32,000 nucleotides of DNA from Pyrodictium abyssi. Its GTDB lineage: Archaea > Thermoproteota > Thermoprotei_A > Sulfolobales > Pyrodictiaceae. Below the pieces are notes generated by a model that had not been told where the DNA came from, did no database searches, and worked only from the letters and a program-made list of their open reading frames with translations. Positions 24,989-32,000 of the stretch are shown in pieces (the first letter of the stretch is position 1; each line of letters begins with the position of its first letter). The position numbers and the translations under genes were made by a program. Where the stretch lies: NCBI RefSeq assembly GCF_036323395.1, contig NZ_AP028907.1, positions 30,001-62,000 on the forward strand, written 5' to 3'.

Positions 24989-25408
24989 ATGAAGATCAAC
25001 GCCTTCGAAGTGGCATCCCGCTACGTCTACCCCTCAGTGAGAAGGCGCCTAGTAGAGAAGCTCAGCGAGAAGGGCCTAACCCAGACAGAGATAGCCAGGC
25101 TGCTCCACATAACCCAGTCGGCTGTATCCCGCTACCTCTCGGTGGAGAGGGGCTACGCGCTAGACCTCAAACCCTACCCCGACATAGATGCACAGCTAGA
25201 GCAGCTGGCTAAGGAGATAGTGTCGAAGCGCCCCGACGAGTACCAGATACACTACCACCTGGTGCGTATATCTATAGAGGTGCTTAGCCGTGGCTACGCG
25301 TGCAAGCTCCACGCCACCATAGACCCAGGGCTAGACCCCAGAAGATGCAGGGCATGCACAGAGCTCTTCAGGCCCACACAGCCGGAAAGCGCTAAGGGGC
25401 CGAGCTAG
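24989..25408 (+). CDS. HTH transcriptional regulator (COG2522-like) with a C-terminal Cys/His cluster; alternative start ATG 24929
   Basis: The HTH is GLTQTEIARLLHITQSAVSRYLSVERG. The C-terminal part carries YACKLH....RRCRAC. It is divergent from hcp. Confidence 0.75.
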   Translation: MKINAFEVASRYVYPSVRRRLVEKLSEKGLTQTEIARLLHITQSAVSRYLSVERGYALDLKPYPDIDAQLEQLAKEIVSKRPDEYQIHYHLVRISIEVLSRGYACKLHATIDPGLDPRRCRACTELFRPTQPESAKGPS

Positions 25409-25510
25409 CAGGCGCGCCCCGGATACCGGGCAGCGCCTCGCATGGCAGGCCCGGTGCACATGCAAGCAGCATATCGGTGCAGGGCCTCTAGCTTAGAAAC
25501 AGCTATGGGC

Positions 25511-25912
25511 CTAGGCGTGTACAGATGCAGGCTGGCCCACAGCGTTAGGGGCTATTGCGTGCTTCTCCAGGCCAAGCGCCTCTGCTATGACTGCTGCCCG
25601 GCTGTATACCATGCTCCGGGCCTCCGGCGCTAGCAGTGATAGCTCGACGTGGAGCTTGGCGGTGGCTGGCTCCTCGTACACTATCCCGGCTTCGCGGTAG
25701 AGCCGCAGCTCCAGGACCACTTCTCCTAGCGTGTAGCCGGGCGGCTGTATCCCCGCGTCAACCAGGCGGCGGAGGTCGTCGAGGAGCCTATGCAGCGTCG
25801 CCGGCTCCGCTGCTAGCCGCGCTAGTATGTTGACCCGCAGCTCCTCAGCAGCTCTCTCGATGCTGCCCTCCTCACCCTCCAGTAGCAGCCACTGGGGCCC
25901 GCCGACGGGCAT
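25511..25912 (-). CDS. Hypothetical protein, possibly winged-helix (133 aa from the ATG at 25912)
   Basis: Coherent from MPVGGPQWLLLEGEEGSIERAAEELRVNILARLAAEPATLHRLLDDLRRLV...GEVVLELRLYREAGIVYEE. The upstream 62 aa of the track ORF look non-coding. Confidence 0.5.
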   Translation of the reverse strand: MPVGGPQWLLLEGEEGSIERAAEELRVNILARLAAEPATLHRLLDDLRRLVDAGIQPPGYTLGEVVLELRLYREAGIVYEEPATAKLHVELSLLAPEARSMVYSRAAVIAEALGLEKHAIAPNAVGQPASVHA

Positions 25913-26243
25913 ACTGTCCGCCACCCGGTGTGTAGTATACCGTCCTTGCCGCGTGGTAGAGGCTTCCGGGGTAGTAGCCCGGTGGTATAGCTGCTGAAGA
26001 TATGTAGAGGCTATACGCCGCTGGTAACGCGCCCGGGGCGGTGAGGAGCCAGGGATTATGCCTACCAGCACGCTGGGGTGACGAGTCCAGCCGAGCACCG
26101 AGCCCCTCCCTTGGCCGCGGCCCCGGGGCTAAGCGGGGTCCGGGCCAGTGTTACCAGGCGGCCGTGGACACGGTGCGTCTCTATGCTGTGCGACCCAGCT
26201 ATAGGGGGCCGCGGCGCCTAGGCTAGAGCCCCGGGGCTGCTTC

Positions 26244-27293
26244 GTGCCAGGTAGCGGGAAGCCCCGGAGCCTCGTACGCACCCCGGTAGCGGTTATAGCT
26301 GACTGGGACGCGGACGGCGTCACAGCCGCGGCTATGATATACTATGCACAGTACTACCGGAAGCTCTACCCCCTCCAGGGCCGCCACGACGTGGTGCTCG
26401 AGCCGGCTGGGCCGAGGGGGTTCCCCGACGCGCTCGCCAACATAATGTCCAGCGGTAACTGCCCCGACGCGCTAGTGGTGCTGGATATACCCCTCACCGA
26501 GAAGCTCTACGAGGTGCTCAGCGGCTTCGCGAGGGAATGCCCCTCCACGAGGATAATCTACATCGACCACCACTTCTCCACTATCTACATGTCTAAGCGC
26601 CTCTACGAGCTCAGTGAGGAGGTCTACCTCGGCCACAAGCCTACCGCCGTGCTGACCTTCCAGCTCCTAAGGAGCCTAGGCGTGAAGCACCTCACGCCGA
26701 GGCTCCAGGCCTTCATGAAGGCCGTCGGTGTGCTCGAGCGGAGCAAGAGGCCCATGACGGAGGCCGAGAACCGGGTGGTCAAGCTCGCGGCGAGCATATC
26801 CAAGGCATCCACTGTCCTGCGGGACAAGGAGCTCTGGAGGAAGCTCGTCAAGTGGCTAGCCAGCCCCCTGCCGCAGGACGCCCCGGTGGACATGAACCTG
26901 GTCGAGCGCGTGCTGAAGGTCGCTGAGGAGAGTGACCGCAGGATAGAGGAGAAGGCGCGCGACCTAGCCTTCGGGGCCAAGAGGGTGGGCTACATACGGT
27001 TCGTCGACGCGCGGCGCCACTGGAGCGGACGCGGCGCGAGCGCGCTGGCATCGAAGCTCTACAAGATACTACGCCAGCCCGTAGCGCTGCTGGTCCGGCG
27101 CGACGACGGCGCGCTACTGCTGATAATCCGTAGCCGGGGCCGCGGCGCCTACAGGATGGCCGTAGGCCTGCTCAAGGAGGGTGTAGCCGAGAACATAGGT
27201 GGCCACGGGGGCCTGGCTGTGATAAAGCTGCGGGACGACGTGGACATGAAGGTGCTCGAGGAGAAGCTCCGCAGGCTCAGCCTAAAGCTCTAG
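26244..27293 (+). CDS. DHH/DHHA1-family phosphoesterase (NrnA/RecJ-like core)
   Basis: IADWDADGVTAAAM covers motifs I-II, VVLDIP follows, YIDHH is the DHH motif, and the C-terminal IGGHGGLA is the DHHA1 GGH motif. Confidence 0.85.
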   Translation: MPGSGKPRSLVRTPVAVIADWDADGVTAAAMIYYAQYYRKLYPLQGRHDVVLEPAGPRGFPDALANIMSSGNCPDALVVLDIPLTEKLYEVLSGFARECPSTRIIYIDHHFSTIYMSKRLYELSEEVYLGHKPTAVLTFQLLRSLGVKHLTPRLQAFMKAVGVLERSKRPMTEAENRVVKLAASISKASTVLRDKELWRKLVKWLASPLPQDAPVDMNLVERVLKVAEESDRRIEEKARDLAFGAKRVGYIRFVDARRHWSGRGASALASKLYKILRQPVALLVRRDDGALLLIIRSRGRGAYRMAVGLLKEGVAENIGGHGGLAVIKLRDDVDMKVLEEKLRRLSLKL

Positions 27294-27430
27294 GCCTCCC
27301 GCGGGCTTTGCTACACTACCTCTTGGGGGATGAGGTGCCCTGGGGATGCACCTCCACAGAGCCCCCGGAGAGGCCGCGGGGCCGTGGAGACCGGACACCT
27401 CGCCGACCCCGGTGAACACTTATTAGCTAA

Positions 27431-27472
27431 GCGTATCGTGTTACGCGTATCCTGGTACGCGTATCTTGTTAC
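27431..27472. repeat. Three tandem 14-bp repeats GCGTATC-N-TG-K-TAC spanning the start of the ATPase gene
   Basis: gcgtatcgtgttac / gcgtatcctggtac / gcgtatcttgttac sit at 27431, 27445 and 27459. The TTG start at 27466 lies in unit 3. A TATA-like cttattag lies at about 27418-27425. Confidence 0.85.
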
Positions 27473-28893
27473 GAATACCCTTCGTGGACCGTGTACGCGA
27501 GCTACAGATGCTCGAGAACGAGTACCGGAGGCCCAGCTTCAGCCTAGTAGTGGTCTACGGCCGCCGCCGAGTAGGCAAGACGCGGCTACTGCGCGAGTGG
27601 CTCCACGGGAAGCCCGGAGTCTACTACGTGGCCGCCGAGCTGCCCTACGAGAGCCTCGCCCGCGAGTTCTCAGAGGCTGTCGGCCGGCAGCTAGGGCTCT
27701 ACGTGACCCCCAGCGACGTCGTGGCGGCGCTGGAGCAGCTAGCCTCCCGGCGTGAGAGGGTAGTCGTCGTCCTGGACGAGTTCCAGTACCTAGTGGAGGC
27801 CGAGCCCTCGCTGCCAAGCCGGCTCATGAGGAGCATAGACAGCGTGCTTGCTGAGAGCGAGCTAAAGCTCGTGCTATCCGGCTCAGCTGTCTCCTTCTTC
27901 GAGAAGCGGCTGCTCGGCTACAGGGCGCCGCTACACGGCCGGCGCACAGGGCAGCTAAGGCTACGGCCTATGAGGATGCTTGAAGCCTGGGGGTTCACAC
28001 CAAAGCTCGGCCCCGTGGACGCTCTACGCGTGTACACGGTAGCCGGGGGTACACCGGCGTACCTGGCACACGTCTACGGCGTAGCCTCCGTGCGCGAGGC
28101 CCTGGAGAGGATACTGGTGCCCGGGTCCCCGCTCCTCGAGGAGGCTCTCTCAGTACTACGCCAGGAGCTAAGGGAGCCAGGCACCTATGCCCGGCTGCTC
28201 GCAGCTGTAGCTGCAGGGTACACCGAGCCCGCCAAGGCCGCGCAGAAGGCGGGAATCGACCCCCGGAACGTGCACCACTACGTAGAGGTGCTCGAAGAGC
28301 TCGACATCCTGGAGAGGGTGCAGCCCCTAGGCCGTAGGCGGGGTGCCCGTCTCCGGTTCCGGGATAGCTACTTCCAGTTCTATTTCGGCGTGCTCGTGGG
28401 CCTCCAGAGCCTCGTTGAGGCCGGCTACACCGGGGAGGCGGTAGAGGAGGCGCTGAGGAGGCTAGACGACTACGCTGCCCGTGTGTTCGAGCGCTGGGTG
28501 GAGGAGAGCCTGCCAGAGCTTTACCGCTCTGGGGCTGTGCCCGTGAAGCCTGTCGAGCACGGGCCCTGGTGGCACCGGGGCATGGAGATAGACCTGGTCG
28601 TGAGGGAGCCGGAGCGCCGGGCTGCATTTGTCGAGGCGAAGTGGAGCAGACTCAGCCTACGAGACGTTAAGAGGCTTGTAGCCGACCTTGAGGCTAAGGC
28701 GCGTAGAACGGGGCTCCAGGAGCCCGAAAACACCTACATAGTAGTGGCGAGGGAGCTCGTAGACGCTCATGGGCCCATTACAAGCCTTGACGAAGCTAGG
28801 GTGGCTGTAGACTTTTCACGCCTAGCCCCGGTCCTTCGCCGACTCCTCGACGCGGACGGGGAGGGGGGCCGAGTCCCTGATGTGCAGGTCTAG
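27466..28893 (+). CDS. Archaeal ATPase (PF01637-type AAA/DEXX-box ATPase) with a DUF234-like C-terminal domain
   Basis: FVDRVRELQML, Walker A (YGRRRVGKT) and Walker B (VVVVLDEFQYL) are present. SGS...GR.....L.P, the C-terminal WWHRGMEIDLV and FVEAKWS are typical of DUF234. Confidence 0.85.
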   Translation: MLRIPFVDRVRELQMLENEYRRPSFSLVVVYGRRRVGKTRLLREWLHGKPGVYYVAAELPYESLAREFSEAVGRQLGLYVTPSDVVAALEQLASRRERVVVVLDEFQYLVEAEPSLPSRLMRSIDSVLAESELKLVLSGSAVSFFEKRLLGYRAPLHGRRTGQLRLRPMRMLEAWGFTPKLGPVDALRVYTVAGGTPAYLAHVYGVASVREALERILVPGSPLLEEALSVLRQELREPGTYARLLAAVAAGYTEPAKAAQKAGIDPRNVHHYVEVLEELDILERVQPLGRRRGARLRFRDSYFQFYFGVLVGLQSLVEAGYTGEAVEEALRRLDDYAARVFERWVEESLPELYRSGAVPVKPVEHGPWWHRGMEIDLVVREPERRAAFVEAKWSRLSLRDVKRLVADLEAKARRTGLQEPENTYIVVARELVDAHGPITSLDEARVAVDFSRLAPVLRRLLDADGEGGRVPDVQV

Positions 28894-29679
28894 CTGCGGG
28901 AACGGTATCTCTATCCCGGCCTCCTCTAGCTTCTTCTTGGCCATGGTCTGTAGCTCCACCTTGGTCTTGAACCATACCTGTGGCGGCGCCCAGCAGCGGG
29001 CCGCGAGCACCACAGCCGAGTCCGAGTAGTCGACAACGAAGACCTCTGGGGCCGGGTTGACGAGGCAGTAGGGGTGCTCCTCCATCATCTCCCGGAGGAC
29101 CTGCATCGCCTTCTCGAGGTCACTACGGTAGTGTATGCCTATCCGCAGCTCGACGCGGCGTGCCCGGGTACGCTGGTAGTTGGTTATCAGGGCGTTGAAC
29201 ACTGTGGAGTTCGGGATCCTGACTATGTAGCCGTCCCACGTCCTGACGCGCGTCGAGAGTATGCTAATGTCCACAACGACTCCGCTCACGTTCTCGACTG
29301 TCACCGGGTCGCCTATCCGGAGGGGCTGCTCTACTAGCAGGAATATGCCGCTGATGAGGTTTGACACCGTCTGCTGCGAGGCGAGACCGACCACGAGGCC
29401 TGCGAAGCCGCCGGCTACCAGTAGGCCTGAGAGGCTTATCCCGAACGGCGAGAGCGCGGAGACCACGCCTAGTACGAGGACGCCGTAGAACACCATGTTC
29501 TCCATAGGCTTGTAGACGTATGTGGGTAGCCGGGGCTGCAGGCTCCTCCTCATGAACTGCCTGACAAGCAGTGCTACAAGGACGCTGGCTACGATAACCG
29601 CTGCTGCTAGCGCTATGTCGCTAGCCATAGCCTCCCAGCCGCCGGGGAGGCTTATGGTCGTGTTAGAGGCGGATACCAC
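28822..29679 (-). CDS. Small-conductance mechanosensitive channel (MscS family)
   Basis: Three N-terminal TM helices are followed by GLASQQTVSNLISGIFLLVEQPLRIGDPVTV..VSGVVVDISILSTRVRTWDGYIVRIPNS.V....I.N. Confidence 0.9.
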   Translation of the reverse strand: MVSASNTTISLPGGWEAMASDIALAAAVIVASVLVALLVRQFMRRSLQPRLPTYVYKPMENMVFYGVLVLGVVSALSPFGISLSGLLVAGGFAGLVVGLASQQTVSNLISGIFLLVEQPLRIGDPVTVENVSGVVVDISILSTRVRTWDGYIVRIPNSTVFNALITNYQRTRARRVELRIGIHYRSDLEKAMQVLREMMEEHPYCLVNPAPEVFVVDYSDSAVVLAARCWAPPQVWFKTKVELQTMAKKKLEEAGIEIPFPQLDLHIRDSAPLPVRVEESAKDRG

Positions 29680-29686
29680 GGCGTTC

Positions 29687-30463
29687 TCACGCCCCCTCCA
29701 GCGTTATCACGAATACCTGTGGCAGCAGCCCGCCGGCGCGTAGACGTGCGCGTCTAGCCTCTCTCAGCCCCTCTAGAGGCGGTCTCTGGGTCGCCCTAAC
29801 CGCTAGCCGTAGCTGGTCCAACTCAGCCTCGATCTCCGGGTAGTAGACTACACTGCCGTCGGTGAACAGGGGGACGCCTGAGGCATAGAAGCCTATGCCC
29901 GGTACCCGGCCGGGTGAGCCACGGAACATTATGGGGAGCAGCCCTACGCCGCCGCCGGCTGTTAGCTCGCTACGGCTAGCAGCCACCATGGAGCGGTGGT
30001 GGCGGCAAACCACTCCGTCTACTATGTCGCCGATGAGCGTGTATTTTACGCGGAGCGGTGAGAGGTAGCCGAGCACGATACCGTCTACGTGAACCATGAA
30101 CTCGTAGGGTGCTGTAGCCCAGAAGCTACTACGCCCGCCCGGGACCACTAGCTGCTCCTCGAACTCTATGTAGAGGCAGTTGGATACCCGGGAGGGGGCG
30201 TTGAGCGAGGGCACCGGGTCCAGCATGACGCTGCTGCCACGGGGCACCCGTGCCCTTATGCAGTTGTAGTCGTCGCACGCCTCGAGCGAGCCCTCCTCGC
30301 TGAGACGCGCCCTTATCCTCCCATAGGTCAGCTCGCCGCCAGGCTCTAGTATGAGCCTGGCACCCGGCGGCGCTTCATCCCTCAAGCTGGTGCCCCTTCT
30401 AGACCCAGGGCCGCCGGCTATATAGCCGCCTCTGACCACTCTCCGTACGCTAGACAGTACCAT
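29687..30463 (-). CDS. Conserved-looking hypothetical protein (258 aa)
   Basis: A coherent ORF separated from mscS by 7 nt. I cannot assign a family with confidence; it may be an archaeal DUF. Confidence 0.6.
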   Translation of the reverse strand: MVLSSVRRVVRGGYIAGGPGSRRGTSLRDEAPPGARLILEPGGELTYGRIRARLSEEGSLEACDDYNCIRARVPRGSSVMLDPVPSLNAPSRVSNCLYIEFEEQLVVPGGRSSFWATAPYEFMVHVDGIVLGYLSPLRVKYTLIGDIVDGVVCRHHRSMVAASRSELTAGGGVGLLPIMFRGSPGRVPGIGFYASGVPLFTDGSVVYYPEIEAELDQLRLAVRATQRPPLEGLREARRARLRAGGLLPQVFVITLEGA

Positions 30464-30530
30464 TGCCTCTATACTCCCTCCGAAACGACGGCGGCGCCCT
30501 GTATAGCTGCACGCCTCCCTGCACCACTAG

Positions 30531-31166
30531 GTGGGCCGCGCCGCTGGAACCAGGCTAATATACGCTAATGACGCTCCAGCAGGGCAGGAGCACAATCCCG
30601 AGGGGCCGCGGAAGATGCAGCAGGGGCCACGCAGCACGGCAGCGCCTGCATTCGGGCTACGCGAAGCCGGGCCGCTCGGCGTGATAGGAGCCGCGGGGCT
30701 CGCCGTGAGCGCTGCTGGCAACACGTTGTCGGGCAGCGCTATGGGTGCTGCTACCCTTGGCTGGCTCTTCACCAGCCTGGCAAGCGACGCGCTCGCGCAC
30801 CGCCTGGGAGAGCGCCGTATACTGTACATGATGGCTGCATCGGGGCTTCTCTGGCTAGCCGGGATGGCGGCTCTACGGGTGGCTGTAAAGAGCCCAGGGC
30901 CCAGCGCCTTAGCGGCCGCGCTACTGCTGGTAGCCGTCTCCGGCGTTACACGGTCCCGCGCCATAGCCGCGTCGAGCATACTAGCCGAGCGAGCCTCCAC
31001 CGTAGCCTCGCTAGCATGGCTTGTCTCCGGGCTACTGGGCCCGATGCTGCTGCTAGCCTACCACATAGCTGCGTCAAAGACCCTGCTAGCCGCCACGGCA
31101 CTCGTCCTCTCGGCCGGCCCCCTAGCCGAGGAGCTATTCTGGGCCAAGACGAGCCTTCAACGCTAA
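30531..31166 (+). CDS. Six-TM membrane protein resembling one half of an MFS transporter (start uncertain, e.g. ATG 30615)
   Basis: About six hydrophobic helices, plus an MFS motif-A-like loop SLASDALAHRLGERRILYM between helices 2 and 3. The antisense ORF 30527..31000 looks spurious. Confidence 0.5.
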   Translation: MGRAAGTRLIYANDAPAGQEHNPEGPRKMQQGPRSTAAPAFGLREAGPLGVIGAAGLAVSAAGNTLSGSAMGAATLGWLFTSLASDALAHRLGERRILYMMAASGLLWLAGMAALRVAVKSPGPSALAAALLLVAVSGVTRSRAIAASSILAERASTVASLAWLVSGLLGPMLLLAYHIAASKTLLAATALVLSAGPLAEELFWAKTSLQR

Positions 31167-31195
31167 CAGCGTCCTCTCCGCCAGCCAGTAGCACC

Positions 31196-31537
31196 CTAGC
31201 TGGGCTCATTGCGGCCCAGAGACGCACGGAATATGTTATCACGCACTTGCTCTAGCAGGGATGCAGCCTGGCCAAGGAATACCTCAAGCTTATCCGAGAG
31301 CCAGCAGGTTTCAGACTGGAGACGCTCTCTAACCGCCCTCAGCCTCTGGAGGGCGGAGTCTATGTAGCCGAGCGCCACTTCACTGTCGCCGGATGCCAGA
31401 GCTTTTCTAGCGCGGGCCACTAGCTCCCTTAGGGATGCTAGCTCCTCTGCAATACCCTCCTCTGCTAGGACTGCCATCCTCCAGGCTGTGGAGATAAGCG
31501 AGTATACTAGCGATAACGCACCCTTCCCACGCGGCAT
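31196..31537 (-). CDS. Hypothetical helical protein (113 aa from the ATG at 31537; the track ORF extends to 31693)
   Basis: The helical part is coherent: AVLAEEGIAEELASLRELVARARKALASGDSEVALGYIDSALQRLRAVRERLQ. The N-terminal extension is W/C/R-rich and doubtful. Confidence 0.4.
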   Translation of the reverse strand: MPRGKGALSLVYSLISTAWRMAVLAEEGIAEELASLRELVARARKALASGDSEVALGYIDSALQRLRAVRERLQSETCWLSDKLEVFLGQAASLLEQVRDNIFRASLGRNEPS

Positions 31538-31723
31538 GGGTACCCGCCCGGGGGCGCGGACAATCCAGTTCACCTGCCAGCATGACGTGGTAGTGTAGTA
31601 GCGTAGGGTGCCGCGGCTCCGCCAGGCTGCACATAGGAGCCGAGCCTTAACCCTCCCCCACAGGAGCGTAGGGCCCCGTACAAAACCGTTCATGAGGCAT
31701 CCTGGGGCAGGCCCTACTCTGGT

Positions 31724-31969
31724 CTAGTCTTCTCCGCCACTCACATGTATGAGCAGAAGCACAAGCAGCAAGAAGGCTAGGGTACGCTGCGAGTGTATCA
31801 TCCGCGCCACCAGCTTAGCTCTACGGCTACGGTAGTACCTCATCACCATCCCGCTGATAGCGAGCAACAGTATTAGCGCCACAGCCCCGTACTCTCCCAG
31901 GCCAGCCCTGTCCATGAACGTGAACCCGTGCCAAAGAGCTGATATAGTCAACACCATGTTGCCGTCCAT
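31724..31969 (-). CDS. Small two-TM membrane protein, hypothetical
   Basis: An 81-aa ORF with two clear hydrophobic helices (AVALILLLAISGMVM and TLAFLLLVLLLIHV). Confidence 0.45.
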   Translation of the reverse strand: MDGNMVLTISALWHGFTFMDRAGLGEYGAVALILLLAISGMVMRYYRSRRAKLVARMIHSQRTLAFLLLVLLLIHVSGGED

Positions 31970-32000
31970 GTGGAGCTCTAGCGCAAGCCTCTGCAGCCCT

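Noticed and set aside
1-32000. CRISPR arrays, IS elements, integrases or proviral genes
   Set aside because: I saw no regularly spaced direct repeats of 24-37 nt. I recognised no transposase (DDE), integrase (R..H.R..Y) or capsid-like ORF. The only repeats found are the 81-nt inverted arms, the 10-bp duplication and the 3 x 14-bp array.

Overview
This is a GC-rich archaeal chromosomal segment, above 60% GC over most of its length. Gene content and protein sequences point to a hyperthermophilic crenarchaeon of the Desulfurococcales/Pyrodictiaceae type. That placement is an inference from an Aeropyrum-like peroxiredoxin, a tungsten-type aldehyde:ferredoxin oxidoreductase, a short class-III hybrid cluster protein and two CanA-like cannula subunit genes. 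I can support about 33 protein-coding loci. I found no rRNA, tRNA, CRISPR array, integrase or transposase. Most genes are redox, housekeeping or transport functions: AOR, PPP phosphatase, NDH-2-like flavoprotein, MBL hydrolase, EamA and MFS transporters, glycerate 2-kinase, peroxiredoxin, Hcp, DHH phosphoesterase, archaeal ATPase/DUF234, MscS and a VapBC pair. Five things stand out. (1) Two convergent paralogs of a signal-peptide protein look like CanA-family extracellular tubule (cannula) subunits. Their termini are nearly identical, including a perfect 81-nt inverted repeat, their cores are diverged, and they bracket a 5.1-kb segment. (2) Disrupted genes are unusually dense: a frameshifted Zn-ADH, a radical-SAM gene with two frameshifts, an MFS gene broken by a perfect 10-bp tandem duplication, a RelE remnant with an in-frame TAG, and a possibly frameshifted small gene. 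(3) A T-poor, A+C-rich tract is open in almost every frame and lies next to a low-GC island that encodes a tandem Lrp-like regulator. (4) A 3 x 14-bp tandem repeat lies over the start of the archaeal ATPase gene. (5) Several ORF-free or hairpin-rich intergenic regions could hold small RNAs. All functional calls rest on motif recognition by eye, because no database search was possible.
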